Source of the DNA: Candidatus Limnocylindrales bacterium
Lineage (GTDB): Bacteria; Chloroflexota; Limnocylindria; Limnocylindrales; CSP1-4
Direction of reading: 5' to 3'
Assembly (NCBI GenBank): GCA_036556145.1
Contig: DATBKB010000095.1
Coordinates: 809-64,808 of the forward strand
Length of the DNA stretch: 64,000 nt
This document shows, piece after piece, positions 12,525 through 22,910 of the stretch. The notes under the pieces were generated by a model. The model was given only the letters and a program-made list of their open reading frames with translations, did no database searches and was not told the DNA's origin. Every line of letters starts with the position of its first letter. Position 1 is the stretch's first letter. Both the position numbers and the translations under genes were made by a program.

Positions 12525-13776
12525 CCGCAGCCCCCGCCGGTTGCGGGGCCGCCGGTCCGCTGCCGGGCGCCCCGGGCTCGGGCGGCGAGAGGCGGCGGAA
12601 CAGGTATCGGAAGACGTTGCGCCCGGCGGCGGTGACGGGCAGGGCGAGGATCGCCCCGAGCAAGCCCGCGATCGCGCCGCCGACGACGAGGGAGAACATG
12701 ACGATGCTCGGGTGGAGCTCCACGGCGTCACCCTGGATCTTCGGGACCAGCAGGTTGTTCTCGAGCTGCTGGACGAGGAGGTAGAGGATCAGCGCAGCGA
12801 TCGCCGCCTGCGGCCCGGCCGTCAGTGCGAGAAGGACGGCCGGGACCGCCGCAAGGATCGGGCCGATGATCGGCAACAGCTCGAAGACGCCGGCGATGAT
12901 CGACAGCAGCAGCGCGAAACGCCCGAAGACGGGGTCGACCGTCGCGTTCAGGACGATCAGTCCGATGAAGGTCGCCACGCCGACCGTGGCGCCGAGGAAG
13001 AGCTGGCCGCGGATCCACTGCGAGAACACCCGCTCGACGATTCCGACGATCGCCCAGGCGTCCGCCCGCCAGGCCGGCGGCAGCGATCGGTCGGCGGCAG
13101 CCGTCAGCGCGGCCCGGTCCTTGAGGAGATAGAACGCCCAGACCGGGATGATGAGATAGCCGAAGATCGAGCTGACGAACCCGGCGGTGATGTTCACGAC
13201 AGGCAGCAGGACACCGACGTCGATCCCGTCGCTGAGGCTCGCGAGGCCGTGGTCGATTGCCTCGCGCAGCTGCGGCGGAAGATCGAGGCCGCGATAGTAG
13301 CGCTCGAGGTTCGACACGAGCCCCGGCAGATCGTCGGCGAACGACCTGATCTGCTCGACCAGGGGGCCGAGCATGAACGACAGGCCCTGGACGATCACGA
13401 GGATGACGACCGCGTACACGACGAGGATCGCGATCCAGCGAGGGACGCCGGTGCGCGACAGGCGCTCGACCGCCGGGCTCAGCAGATAGACGAGCAGCAG
13501 GCCGACGACGAACGGGCTCAGCGCCTCGCGGCCTTGCCACAGGAGGAACCCGAGGACCACGAGAGCGCCGATGACGAGCGCCACCCGCGGCGTCGGAGCG
13601 CCGACACGGCTGCCCGGTTCGACGGTGCCCAGGAACGGGCCTGGGGCTGTGGCCGTACGGGCCGCAGGCTCGGCAGCCGGGCGTGCGGCCGGCGGAGTGG
13701 GGGTTCCCGCCCCCAACCCCGGCCCCGACCCCGGCCGTCCGCGGTCCGGCGCGGCGTCGCGGGCGGGGTCGTCCAT
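12517..13776 (-). CDS. AI-2E family transporter (PerM/UPF0118)
   Basis: Polytopic membrane protein with AI-2E signature regions (...LLPIIGPILAAVPAVLLALTAGP..., ...LYLLVQQLENNLLVPKIQGDAVELHP...). Start taken at Met 13776 (alternative 13836). Confidence 0.75.
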   Translation of the reverse strand: MDDPARDAAPDRGRPGSGPGLGAGTPTPPAARPAAEPAARTATAPGPFLGTVEPGSRVGAPTPRVALVIGALVVLGFLLWQGREALSPFVVGLLLVYLLSPAVERLSRTGVPRWIAILVVYAVVILVIVQGLSFMLGPLVEQIRSFADDLPGLVSNLERYYRGLDLPPQLREAIDHGLASLSDGIDVGVLLPVVNITAGFVSSIFGYLIIPVWAFYLLKDRAALTAAADRSLPPAWRADAWAIVGIVERVFSQWIRGQLFLGATVGVATFIGLIVLNATVDPVFGRFALLLSIIAGVFELLPIIGPILAAVPAVLLALTAGPQAAIAALILYLLVQQLENNLLVPKIQGDAVELHPSIVMFSLVVGGAIAGLLGAILALPVTAAGRNVFRYLFRRLSPPEPGAPGSGPAAPQPAGAAGA

Positions 13777-13796
13777 GGTGCCGCAGACTACCAGAC

Positions 13797-14525
13797 GTGG
13801 ATTCCGATTCCGCCCGCGCGGCGGGCGCCGAGGCACCGCCCCGGCAGCGCTGGCGAATCGCCTACAGCCGACGGGCGAGCGACGAGCCCGAGCGCGACTT
13901 CACCAGCCGGTGGATCGACCGGCTCGTGGCCGCGGGCCTCCCACTCGCGACGCGCGCCACCGGCCGTCCGCGACCGGCGCTGAGCCTCGCCGCGCCGCTC
14001 CCGCTCGGTGTGGACGGGGACCGCGAGCTGGCCGACCTCCTGCTTGGCGACCAGCTCCCTGCCTGGCGGGTCCGCGAGGCCGTCGCGCAGACGATGCCCG
14101 AGGGTTGCCGCCTCGTGGGCCTCGACGACGTCTGGGTCGGCGCGCCGGCACTCGCCGGCTCGGTCATCGGCGCGGACTATCGCGCGACGCTCGACGGCGG
14201 CGACGACCCCGGACCCGCCGCCGTCCGTCATGCCGCAGGCACCCTGACGGACGCCGCGGAGCTGCCGAGGGAGCGGGTCAGGAGCGGCCGAAAGGGCGGC
14301 CCGGCCGTGACCTACGACCTGCGCCCGCTCCTGGCCGGAATCGAGGTCGGCGACGATCGACCGACGACCCTCCGGCTCCGCGTGAGGTTCGACCCGGCCC
14401 TGGGATCCGGACGACCCGAGGAAGTTCTCGCCGCCCTCGGCGACGCCCTCGGCCGCCCTATCGCCGCCTCGCGGATTGTGCGCGAGCGGCTGCTGGTCAA
14501 GGGCGAGGACGACGGCGCCGCCTGA
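13797..14525 (+). CDS. DUF2344 (TIGR03936) protein, conserved neighbour of rplU-rpmA
   Basis: Matches DUF2344 pattern (RWRIAYSRRASDEPERDFTSRWIDRLVAAGLPLATRATGRPRPALSLAAPLPLGVDGDRELADLLL); conserved position immediately upstream of rplU. Start uncertain (GTG 13797; ORF opens 13683). Confidence 0.6.
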   Translation: MDSDSARAAGAEAPPRQRWRIAYSRRASDEPERDFTSRWIDRLVAAGLPLATRATGRPRPALSLAAPLPLGVDGDRELADLLLGDQLPAWRVREAVAQTMPEGCRLVGLDDVWVGAPALAGSVIGADYRATLDGGDDPGPAAVRHAAGTLTDAAELPRERVRSGRKGGPAVTYDLRPLLAGIEVGDDRPTTLRLRVRFDPALGSGRPEEVLAALGDALGRPIAASRIVRERLLVKGEDDGAA

Positions 14526-14549
14526 ACGTCGAATCCCCCCGATTTCCGT

Positions 14550-14578
14550 TTGACGCTCCGTGCGGGCGGCCGTACACT
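14550..14578 (+). promoter_or_regulatory. Candidate sigma70-type promoter for rplU-rpmA-rpmE (TTGACG-17nt-TACACT)
   Basis: -35 TTGACG (14550-14555), 17-nt spacer, -10 TACACT (14573-14578), ~90 nt upstream of the rplU ATG. Confidence 0.4.
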
Positions 14579-14666
14579 CCGCACTCGCGCCTCGGCCCGG
14601 TCGAGCCGCGTCTCCCTGTCCGTCGCAGCGGTCGCCCGCGGCCCGCGACCGCAATCCTGAGGACCC

Positions 14667-15488
14667 ATGTACGCAGTCATCGAGGCCGGCGGCAAGCAAT
14701 ACCGCGTCGAGGTCGGCACGGAGCTCGAGCTCGACCTTCTCGACGCCGAGCCCGGCCAAGCCCTGACGCTCGACCGCGTCCTCTTCGTCGGCGACGGCGA
14801 GGAGACCGCGATCGGCCGGCCGCTCGTGGCAGACGCCGCGGTCGTCGCCGAGGTCGTCCGTCGGGACCGCGGCGAGAAGATCATCGTCTTCAAGTACCGG
14901 CCCAAGGCCCGGCGCCGAGCCCGGAAGGGGCACCGCCAGGACCACACGGTCCTCCGGATCACGGACGTCCGGCTCGGCTCGAAGAGCGCCGCCGACGACG
15001 TCCGCAAGGCCGAGGAGCGCGCCCGGACGGATCGGAAGCGCCTCGAGGAGGCCGCCGCACGGCAGGCCGCCGAGGACGCCGCGCTCGCCGATCGGCTGGC
15101 CAAGGCCAAGGCGGCCGACGCAGCCGCGGAGCCGGCAGCCGAGTCGCGGCGGGGTCGCGGGGCCGAGCCGGCCCAGGGGTCGGCGAAGGCCGGGCCGGAG
15201 CCTGCGAAGGCCGCCAAAGCCGAGCCGGCGAAGCGCGCGAAGGCCGAGCCGGCGCGCACGACGACCCGGGTCAAGCCGTCGGGCAAGGCCGCCGGAACGG
15301 CCCCGGCGAAGTCTGAGAAGGCCGGCAAGGCGGCGACCGGGAAGGCCGGGGCGAAGCCGCCGGCCAAGGCGAGCGGGTCCGGCAAGACCGCAGCGTCGGA
15401 CAAGGGCCGGGCGAAGGCGCCGGACCGCAAGGGCAAGACCAGTGACACGAAGGCCGCGCCGAAGCGCGGTGCGAAGAAGGACAAGTAA
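14667..15488 (+). CDS. rplU: 50S ribosomal protein L21 with ~170-aa Lys/Ala-rich C-terminal extension
   Basis: N-terminal ~105 aa is canonical L21 ([23 protein letters not shown]...[31 protein letters not shown]), followed by a low-complexity AKA/AEP-rich basic tail. Confidence 0.85.
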   Translation: MYAVIEAGGKQYRVEVGTELELDLLDAEPGQALTLDRVLFVGDGEETAIGRPLVADAAVVAEVVRRDRGEKIIVFKYRPKARRRARKGHRQDHTVLRITDVRLGSKSAADDVRKAEERARTDRKRLEEAAARQAAEDAALADRLAKAKAADAAAEPAAESRRGRGAEPAQGSAKAGPEPAKAAKAEPAKRAKAEPARTTTRVKPSGKAAGTAPAKSEKAGKAATGKAGAKPPAKASGSGKTAASDKGRAKAPDRKGKTSDTKAAPKRGAKKDK

Positions 15489-15490
15489 CG

Positions 15491-15787
15491 ATGGCCCACA
15501 AGAAGGCCGGCTCCAGCTCGAAGAACGGACGCGACAGCGTCGGCCAGCGCCTCGGCGTCAAGGCCGGCGACGGCCAGCTCGTGCCCGCCGGCACGATCCT
15601 CGTCCGCCAGCGCGGCATGACGTTCCTCGCCGGCTCGGGCGCCGGGATCGGCAAGGACTACACGGTGTTCGCGACCGTCGCGGGGACCGTTCGATTCGAG
15701 CACGAGGCGAAGGACAAGAAGCGCGTCCGCGTCGAGCCCGCGGCCCAGGCGGCGGAGGCGGCCCAGGCCGCGGAGGCGACCGCATGA
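15491..15787 (+). CDS. rpmA: 50S ribosomal protein L27
   Basis: [50 protein letters not shown]...; short Ala/Glu-rich C-terminal extension. Confidence 0.9.
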   Translation: MAHKKAGSSSKNGRDSVGQRLGVKAGDGQLVPAGTILVRQRGMTFLAGSGAGIGKDYTVFATVAGTVRFEHEAKDKKRVRVEPAAQAAEAAQAAEATA

Positions 15788-15996
15788 AGCCGAAGATTCA
15801 CCCCAAGTACCACCAGGCGAAAGTCCACTGCGGCTCGTGCGGCACCGAATGGACCGTCGGGTCGACGAAACCGGAGCTCCGCGTCGACGTCTGCGCCAAC
15901 TGCCACCCGTTCTTCACGGGCAAGCAGACGATCATCGACACGGCCGGCCAGGTCGAGCGCTTCCAGAAGCGCCTGGAGCGCCAGGTCCGGACTTGA
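15783..15996 (+). CDS. rpmE: 50S ribosomal protein L31
   Basis: [28 protein letters not shown]...[14 protein letters not shown] (CxxC...CxxC zinc-ribbon type). ATG overlaps the rpmA stop (ATGA). Confidence 0.85.
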
Positions 15997-16020
15997 GCAT
16001 TCGCTCCATCGCGACCGACG

Positions 16021-16047
16021 AACGGCGGGCCGCACGGCCCGCCGTTC
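16021..16047 (+). terminator. GC-rich hairpin downstream of rpmE (aacggcgggcc-gcac-ggcccgccgtt)
   Basis: Perfect 11-bp stem, 4-nt loop, 25 bp after the rpmE stop; no U-tract (the I-shaped terminators common in high-GC Actinobacteria also lack one). Confidence 0.4.
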
Positions 16048-16072
16048 ACTGTCTGCCCACTAGACTCTGACG

Positions 16073-17083
16073 ATGCCGCGGTTCAACTACGGCGGGCAGG
16101 CGCTCATCGAGGGCGTCCTGATGCGTGGCCGGGACGCGATCGCCGTCGCGCTGCGCCACCCCGATGGGCGGATCGTGTACGCCACGGAGCGGCTGGGCTC
16201 TCGTTTCCACGGCACCCGCTGGGCCAAGCTGCCGCTCATTCGCGGCCTCGTCGTCCTCTACGAGACGCTCATCGTCGGCACGCGCTGGCTCGTCCGAAGC
16301 GCCGGGGTCCAGGCCCAGGAAGAGGACGTCGAGATCGGTCGCGGCGCGATCGCGGCAATGCTGGGCATCACGCTGCTCGCGGCCGTCGGGCTGTTCTTCC
16401 TCCTGCCGCTGCTCCTGTCGACGTTCATCGCCGGCGGCAGCACGAACCGGCTCGCCCAGCCGGCGATCGAAGGCATCATCCAGGTCGGCATCTTCCTCGC
16501 GTACCTCGTCGCGATCTCGCGGATGGAGGACATCCACCGCGTCTTCCAGTACCACGGCGCCGAGCACATGACGATCCATGCCCTCGAGGCGGGCGATCCG
16601 CTCGACCGCGAGTCGGTCTCGAAGTATCCGACCGCGCACCCACGCTGCGGCACGGAGTTCATCGTCGTCCTGCTCGCGCTGTCGATCTTCACGTTCTCGC
16701 TCGTCGGCAAGCAGGAGCCGGTCGTGATGATCGGCAGCCGGTTCGCGCTGATCCCCGTCCTCGCCGCGCTGGGCTACGAGGTGCTTCGCCTCGGGGCGCG
16801 CTTCCGGTCGAACCCGATCGTCAAGCTGATCATGTATCCGGGCATGCTCGTCCAGAAGATCACGACGAAGCAGCCGACGCCGGACATGATCGAGGTCGCG
16901 ATCGTCTCGATGGAGGAAGCGCTCAGGGCCGACGGCGAGACCCTGCCGCGCGGTGCGGGCACGCTCGAGCGCGATGTCCTCGAGGTCCCCGGCCCGGGCG
17001 GACCAGCTCGCCGCGCCACGCCGGTCGGCGAGGCCGAGGCCGTCGCCCCGATCTCGATCGACCCGCCGCTCCCCGGGCTGTGA
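16073..17083 (+). CDS. DUF1385 (YqhQ-like) membrane-associated protein
   Basis: Conserved DUF1385 core ([40 protein letters not shown]); typical neighbour of rpmE/prfA. Confidence 0.8.
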   Translation: MPRFNYGGQALIEGVLMRGRDAIAVALRHPDGRIVYATERLGSRFHGTRWAKLPLIRGLVVLYETLIVGTRWLVRSAGVQAQEEDVEIGRGAIAAMLGITLLAAVGLFFLLPLLLSTFIAGGSTNRLAQPAIEGIIQVGIFLAYLVAISRMEDIHRVFQYHGAEHMTIHALEAGDPLDRESVSKYPTAHPRCGTEFIVVLLALSIFTFSLVGKQEPVVMIGSRFALIPVLAALGYEVLRLGARFRSNPIVKLIMYPGMLVQKITTKQPTPDMIEVAIVSMEEALRADGETLPRGAGTLERDVLEVPGPGGPARRATPVGEAEAVAPISIDPPLPGL

Positions 17084-18183
17084 GCGGGCTGGACGCCAAG
17101 CTCGCCGAGGTCGCCCGCCAGTACGACGACCTCCAGACCGAGCTTTCACGGCCCGAGGTCGTGACCAACCCCGACTCGCTCCGCCGCCTCGGCAAGGAGA
17201 TGGCCCGGCTCGAGCCCGTGGTGGCCGCCTTCCGCCGGCTGGAGGCCACCCGATCGGAGCTGGCCGGCGCGAAAGAGCTCCGCGACGGCGACGGCGACGA
17301 CGAGCTGCGGGCCATGGCCCGGGCCGAGGTCGACCGCCTCGCCGCCCAGGAGGCCGGCCTGCTCGAGCAGCTGCGGCTGCTGCTCCTGCCCCGCGACCCG
17401 AACGACGATCGCGACGTCATCCTCGAGGTCCGTGCCGGGACCGGCGGCGACGAGGCGGCCCTCTTCGCCGGCGAGCTGCTGCGGATGTACCTCAAGTACG
17501 CCGACCGGCGTCGCTTCGGCGCGGAGGTCCTGAGCCGCCACGAGACCGGCATCGGCGGGATCAAGGAAGCGATCGTCGAGATCCACGGGGACGGCGCCTG
17601 GAGCCGGATGAAGTTCGAGGGCGGCGTCCACCGGGTCCAGCGCATCCCCGCGACCGAGTCGTCGGGCCGGATCCACACGTCGACGGCGACCGTCGTCGTC
17701 ATGCCCGAGGCCGAGGAGGTCGAGATCGATATCGACGAGGACAAGGACCTGCGGATCGAGGTGAAGCGCTCGTCGGGCCCGGGCGGGCAGTCCGTCAACA
17801 CGACGGACTCCGCGGTCCGGATCACCCACCTCGAGACCGGCCTCGTCGTCGAGATCCAGGACGAGAAGAGCCAGCACAAGAACAAGGCCAAGGCGCTCGC
17901 CGTCCTGCGGTCGCGGCTGTACGACCGCGAGCTGGAGAAACAGCGCGCGGCGGATTCGGCGGCGCGGAAGTTGATGGTCGGCGGTGGCGACCGCTCCGAC
18001 AAGATCCGGACGTACAACTTTCCGCAGGATCGGGTGACCGATCACCGGATCGGGCTCACGGTCCACAACCTGCCCGCGATCCTGGGCGGCGACCTCGACG
18101 CCCTCGTCGACGCGCTCGTGATGGCCGATCAGGCGGAGCGGCTCGCCGCGGTCACGGAGGCACCCGTTGGCGCGCGCGGCTGA
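17080..18183 (+). CDS. prfA: Peptide chain release factor 1
   Basis: 367 aa; GGQ motif ([25 protein letters not shown]) and PxT-type recognition region; overlaps DUF1385 stop. Confidence 0.95.
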   Translation: MSGLDAKLAEVARQYDDLQTELSRPEVVTNPDSLRRLGKEMARLEPVVAAFRRLEATRSELAGAKELRDGDGDDELRAMARAEVDRLAAQEAGLLEQLRLLLLPRDPNDDRDVILEVRAGTGGDEAALFAGELLRMYLKYADRRRFGAEVLSRHETGIGGIKEAIVEIHGDGAWSRMKFEGGVHRVQRIPATESSGRIHTSTATVVVMPEAEEVEIDIDEDKDLRIEVKRSSGPGGQSVNTTDSAVRITHLETGLVVEIQDEKSQHKNKAKALAVLRSRLYDRELEKQRAADSAARKLMVGGGDRSDKIRTYNFPQDRVTDHRIGLTVHNLPAILGGDLDALVDALVMADQAERLAAVTEAPVGARG

Positions 18184-20473
18184 GCGCGGCCGCACGGCGG
18201 CCCACGGGGCGCCGGCCTCGGCGCGCGCGGGCGGCGGGCCCGAGGGCGTCACCTGGATCGACCCGCTGCCGGTGTCGATCCAGCACGCGACGGACCTCGG
18301 CAGCGTCCAGGTCCTCAAGCACGAGAACGCCTTCCTGCTGACCGACCAGTTCGGCGACATCCACGCCGACTCGCGCGGCCTCGGCCTCTATTGCGGCGAC
18401 ACCCGCGTGCTGTCGTGCTCCGTCATGCGCGTCGCCGGCCTGCGCCCCGTGCTCCTCCAGGGATCGATGGGCGGCAACTTCCGCGGCACGATTCACCTCA
18501 CGAACCCGAACATCGACCGGAACATCGCCGCCAAGACCGGCGCGAGCGACCCGATGGCGGGACGAAAGCTCGGCATCACGCGGGAGCGGCTCATCGGCGC
18601 CGGCGCGCTCCAGGAGCGCCTCGTCGTCGAGAACCACGCCGAGCACCAGGAGACGTTCGACATCGAGCTCGAGCTGGCCGCCGACGGTGCCGATATCTTC
18701 GAGGTGCGCGGCTACCCGCGCCCCAAACGCGGCACGTGCCTGCCGATCGCCTGCACCGATCGCCGCATGACCTTCCGCTACGACGGGCTCGACGGGGTGC
18801 GGCGAGCGACGCACGTCGTCCTCGGGCAGGCCCCCCGCTCCATCGGCCCCGCGGTCGAGGACGACGTCCACCCGCCGGTGGGTGGCTGGGTTCGCGTCTG
18901 CTGGCGGTTCACGCTCGCTCCGGGCGAGCGGCGCGAAGTGTCGTGGCTGACGTGGCTGACCGAGGCGCCCAGCGACAATCGCGATACAGAGCTGTTTCCC
19001 GAACCGCCGCGGGTCGCGGCGGACGAGGCGGCAGGCGCCTATCACGCCTGGGTGCGAGGCTCGACGGCCGTCCAGACGGACCATGAGCTGTTCAACCTCA
19101 CGCTGACGCGGGGCCTCAACGACCTGCGGCTCCTCGTGAACGCCGGGCCGGGCGAGGCGGAGCGGTACATCGCGGCCGGCGTGCCCTGGTTCTCGACGCT
19201 GTTCGGGCGCGATTCGATCATCGCCTCGCTGCAGGTCCTCGGCTTTCGCCCGCAGCTGGCCCTCGAGACGCTCGAGGTCCTCGCCGCCCGCCAGGCGACC
19301 GCCGTCGACGACGAACGCGACGCCGAACCGGGCAAGATCCTGCACGAGGTCCGGACCGGTGAGATGGCACGGACCGGGGAGCTGCCGTTCCGGCCCTACT
19401 ACGGCAGCGTCGACGCGACGCCGCTGTGGCTCATCCTCCTCGGCCAGACGTACGACTGGACCGGTGACCGCGGGCTCATCGATCGCTTCTGGCCGAATGC
19501 GCTCGCCGCGCTCGAATGGATCGACCGCTACGGCGACCGGGACGGCGACGGCTTCGTGGAATACGCCCGACGGACCGACCGCGGCCTCGTCAACCAGGGC
19601 TGGAAGGACTCGACCGACGCGATCCGGGACCGAAGCGGGCAGCCGGCGTCGCCGCCGATCGCCCTGGCCGAGGTCCAGGGCTACGTGTACGACGCGAAGC
19701 TCCGCATGGCGGGTCTCGCCCGCGTCCGCGGCGAGACGCCGCTCGCCGACCGCCTCGAGAGGGACGCGGAGGCGCTGCGCGAACGCTTCGAGGCCGCCTT
19801 CTGGCTCGACGGCGAGCGGTACTACGCGATGGCGCTCGACGCGGACAAGCGGCCGGCCGACGCGATCGGCTCGAACGCCGGGCAGTGCCTCTGGACCGGG
19901 ATCGTCTCGAACGAGCGTGCCCGCTTCGTCGCCGACCGGCTCCTCGCTCCGGAGCTCTTCTCCGGCTGGGGCATTCGCACGTACGCGTCCGGGCAGCCCG
20001 GCTACAACCCGCTCGGCTACCACACCGGGTCGGTGTGGCCGCACGACACGTCGCTCATCGCCGGCGGCCTCAAGCGGTACGGCTTCCACGACGAGGCCAA
20101 CCGCCTCGTCGGCAGCGTGTTCGAGGCGGCCCAGCGATTCCCGGAGTTCCGGCTGCCGGAGCTGTTCTGCGGCTTCGACCGCGACACCTCGCCGATGCCG
20201 GTGCCGTACCCGGTGGCATGCTCGCCGCAGGCCTGGGCGGCCGGCGCGGCGTTCCTGTTCCTCCAGACGATGCTCGGCCTCCGGCCGCATGCCGACCGGC
20301 GCGAGCTCGAGCTGTTCCGGCCGAACCTGCCGGACTGGCTCGGCAAGGTCACGCTGACGAACCTGCGCATCGGCGACGCGGCCGTCGATCTGCTCTTCCA
20401 CCGCTGGCGTGGCACGACCTCGGCGGAGGTCCTCCGCAAGGTCGGCGACGTCGCGGTCACGATCCGCCTCTGA
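18167..20473 (+). CDS. Amylo-alpha-1,6-glucosidase family protein (glycogen debranching enzyme-like, GDE_C domain)
   Basis: 768 aa; N-terminal GDE_N-like and C-terminal (alpha/alpha)6 barrel with conserved [19 protein letters not shown] and [10 protein letters not shown] motifs. Alternative GTG start ~18248 avoids overlap with prfA. Confidence 0.8.
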   Translation: MARAAERGRTAAHGAPASARAGGGPEGVTWIDPLPVSIQHATDLGSVQVLKHENAFLLTDQFGDIHADSRGLGLYCGDTRVLSCSVMRVAGLRPVLLQGSMGGNFRGTIHLTNPNIDRNIAAKTGASDPMAGRKLGITRERLIGAGALQERLVVENHAEHQETFDIELELAADGADIFEVRGYPRPKRGTCLPIACTDRRMTFRYDGLDGVRRATHVVLGQAPRSIGPAVEDDVHPPVGGWVRVCWRFTLAPGERREVSWLTWLTEAPSDNRDTELFPEPPRVAADEAAGAYHAWVRGSTAVQTDHELFNLTLTRGLNDLRLLVNAGPGEAERYIAAGVPWFSTLFGRDSIIASLQVLGFRPQLALETLEVLAARQATAVDDERDAEPGKILHEVRTGEMARTGELPFRPYYGSVDATPLWLILLGQTYDWTGDRGLIDRFWPNALAALEWIDRYGDRDGDGFVEYARRTDRGLVNQGWKDSTDAIRDRSGQPASPPIALAEVQGYVYDAKLRMAGLARVRGETPLADRLERDAEALRERFEAAFWLDGERYYAMALDADKRPADAIGSNAGQCLWTGIVSNERARFVADRLLAPELFSGWGIRTYASGQPGYNPLGYHTGSVWPHDTSLIAGGLKRYGFHDEANRLVGSVFEAAQRFPEFRLPELFCGFDRDTSPMPVPYPVACSPQAWAAGAAFLFLQTMLGLRPHADRRELELFRPNLPDWLGKVTLTNLRIGDAAVDLLFHRWRGTTSAEVLRKVGDVAVTIRL

Positions 20474-20484
20474 GCCTGCTGGCG

Positions 20485-21375
20485 GTGGCGACCGTCGAGG
20501 AGCTGCTGCGGCCGGCGATCGAGCGGCTTCGCGCCGCCGGCTCGGACACGGCACGCCTCGACGCCGAGCTGCTGCTCGCGCACGCGATCGGCACTGACCG
20601 GACGGCGATCATCGCCCATCCCGACGCCCGCGTCGGCGACGGCTCGGCCGAGAAGTTCGAGGTCGGCGTCGCCCGGCGCGAGCGCGGCGAGCCGGTGGCG
20701 TACATCCGCGGCTTCAAGGAATTCCACGGTCGGGCGTTCGCGACCGATCCGCGCGCCCTCATCCCTCGCCCCGAGACGGAGCGCCTCGTCGAGCTCGCCG
20801 AGGCCGAGGTCATGCGCCGGCTCACCTCGGCGCCCCGGCCTGCCGGCGCCCCGCCGATCCGGATCGCCGACGTCGGCACGGGGGCGGGCACGATCGCGGT
20901 CGCCCTCGCGGCGGGGCTGCGGCGGCGCGGCGTGCTGAACGAGGTCGAGATCGTCGCCTCGGACGTGAGCGCGGAGGCGCTCGACCTGGCGCGTGAGAAT
21001 GCAGTCGGGCATTCGGTCGCCGACCGGATGACGTTCGCCGAGGCCGATCTCGTGCCGCCGGGCGGGCCGTTCGACCTCGTCGTCGCCAACCTGCCGTACA
21101 TCCCGTCCGCCGACGTGCCGAAGCTCCCGGTGGCCGCCTCATTCGAGCCGCGACTGGCGCTCGACGGCGGGCCCGACGGCCTGGCGGTCATCGGCGCGCT
21201 CGTCGGGCGGCTGGGGGCCGGGCTTCGGCCGGGCGGCCACGCGCTGCTCGAGATCGGCGCGGACCAGGCGGACCGCGCCGTGGCCCTCGTCGAGGAGCGG
21301 CTGCCGGGCTGGCGCACCGCCGTCGCCGCCGATCTCGGCGGGGCGCCGCGCGTCCTCAGGGTCGAGCGGCCGTGA
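20485..21375 (+). CDS. prmC: Release factor glutamine N5-methyltransferase PrmC/HemK
   Basis: Class I SAM MTase (VADVGTGAGTIAV, NLPY substrate motif VVANLPYIP); start GTG 20485 (CTG 20476 also possible) just after the glucosidase stop. Confidence 0.8.
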   Translation: MATVEELLRPAIERLRAAGSDTARLDAELLLAHAIGTDRTAIIAHPDARVGDGSAEKFEVGVARRERGEPVAYIRGFKEFHGRAFATDPRALIPRPETERLVELAEAEVMRRLTSAPRPAGAPPIRIADVGTGAGTIAVALAAGLRRRGVLNEVEIVASDVSAEALDLARENAVGHSVADRMTFAEADLVPPGGPFDLVVANLPYIPSADVPKLPVAASFEPRLALDGGPDGLAVIGALVGRLGAGLRPGGHALLEIGADQADRAVALVEERLPGWRTAVAADLGGAPRVLRVERP

Positions 21376-22037
21376 GCCGGCCGGCGTCGGCGAGCACGCC
21401 GATCGTCCCCGACGACGAGCGGGGAGTGGCCGCGGCCGTGTCCGTGCTCGACGCGGCCGGGATCGTCGCGATCCCGACCGACACGGTGTACGGGATCGCC
21501 TGCCGCATCGATGCCCCAGGCGGGATCGAGCGGCTCTTCGCGGCCAAGGACCGGCCACCCGACAGGGCGATCATGGTTCTCGTCGACGAGCTCGACCAGG
21601 TCGCGCCGCTCGTCGAGGTGACGGCCGCGGCGGAGGCGTTGCGGGGCCTCTGGCCGGGCGGGCTGACGCTGGTGCTGCCGCTGCGGCCCGGCGCCGCCCC
21701 GCCCGCCGCACTCACGGCCGGGACGCGGACGCTCGGGGTTCGGGTGCCGGACCACGCCACGCCACGGGCCCTCGCCAGGGCCGTCGGGCCGCTGCCGACG
21801 ACGTCCGCCAACCCGTCCGGAGAGCCGGAGGCGCGCTCCGCCGCGGACGTCGCGGCACGACTCGCCGGGCGCCTCGACCTCATCCTCGACGGCGGGGAGA
21901 GCCGCGGCGGCGTGCCGTCCACCGTCGTGGACTGCGGCGCCGACCGGCCCCGGGTCCTGCGCGCCGGGGCGATCGCGGTCGAGCGGATCGCGGCCGCCCT
22001 CGAAGCCGCTGGAATCGACCACGAGGTGGGGCCGTGA
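21372..22037 (+). CDS. tsaC: L-threonylcarbamoyladenylate synthase (TsaC/YrdC/Sua5 family)
   Basis: YrdC-fold motifs (IVAIPTDTVYGIACRIDAP, PLPTTSANPSGEPEARSAADVAARLAGRLDLILDGG); conserved prfA-prmC-sua5 linkage. Confidence 0.8.
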   Translation: MSRPASASTPIVPDDERGVAAAVSVLDAAGIVAIPTDTVYGIACRIDAPGGIERLFAAKDRPPDRAIMVLVDELDQVAPLVEVTAAAEALRGLWPGGLTLVLPLRPGAAPPAALTAGTRTLGVRVPDHATPRALARAVGPLPTTSANPSGEPEARSAADVAARLAGRLDLILDGGESRGGVPSTVVDCGADRPRVLRAGAIAVERIAAALEAAGIDHEVGP

Positions 22038-22813
22038 GGGGCGCCTTGTCGCTGCTCGTCCTCATCGTGGCTGCCTGCGCCGGGCCGGCTCCGTCGCCGC
22101 CCACGGGGCCGACGAGCGTCGGGTCGCCTGTGCCCAGCCAGCCGCCTGGCGCGGTCAACCCGACGCGGATCTGCGACGTGTCCCAGGACGACGTCAAGCC
22201 CGTCGCGACCTGCACGGAGATCATCGGCCGGGTGCTGCTCGCGCTCGGGCCGGACCGGGCGTCGGTGCGGGCGGCCTGGATGCGCCACGGCGCGCCGTGC
22301 CCGCCGAACGCGCGCTGTGCCCCGCCGCCACCCGGCTCGGCCTTCGTCGTGCTCGACGTCGACGGGGGCGCGACGATGGCGGTCCGGGTCGCGATCGGGG
22401 ACGGGCAGGTGGAGGTCGGCCAGCCTGAGCAGCTGGCCTGGGATGAGTGGCCGGCGACGGGCGAGGTCGCACCGCCGCCGGCGGCCCCGGTGGTCGGCGA
22501 GGCGGTACCGGCGGAGATCGCCGGCCGGCAGGCACTGCCGTTCTGTGGCGAGGACCTGCCCAACACGGACGACCGTCAGGATCGCACCTGTTTCTGGGCG
22601 GCGGTCCGGGACGCCCGTCCGGCCGAGCTCATCGTTCGCGGGGGCGAGTCCGCGCTGGAGGTGATGCGCTACGTCGGACGCGGTCCGGTCCTCGTCTACC
22701 GGCAGGCCGTCGAGGGCGGCACGTGGATCCGCGACGACTGCGCGATCGGAGGTGCGTTTGACGATGAGCTCACCTTCGTCGTCAGCGAGTGCCTGTCGAC
22801 GCCGGTGAGGTGA
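22034..22813 (+). CDS. Putative lipoprotein (hypothetical)
   Basis: Signal peptide with lipobox ([11 protein letters not shown], Cys15); no recognisable conserved domain. Confidence 0.55.
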   Translation: MRGALSLLVLIVAACAGPAPSPPTGPTSVGSPVPSQPPGAVNPTRICDVSQDDVKPVATCTEIIGRVLLALGPDRASVRAAWMRHGAPCPPNARCAPPPPGSAFVVLDVDGGATMAVRVAIGDGQVEVGQPEQLAWDEWPATGEVAPPPAAPVVGEAVPAEIAGRQALPFCGEDLPNTDDRQDRTCFWAAVRDARPAELIVRGGESALEVMRYVGRGPVLVYRQAVEGGTWIRDDCAIGGAFDDELTFVVSECLSTPVR

Positions 22814-22910
22814 CGCTCTCAGGCGCTCGAGTCGTGGGAAGATACGCCTCGTTCGAGCGGCGGTAGCGGCGCCGGCGGGAGGGACCCGCGCCGCCGGGAA
22901 GGGAGCGCGC

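Noticed and set aside
12106-13983. 625-aa plus-strand ORF and other long plus-strand ORFs across 11.8-14.0 kb
   Set aside because: Antisense to the J-domain and AI-2E transporter genes; low-complexity Arg/Ala/Gly-rich with no domains.
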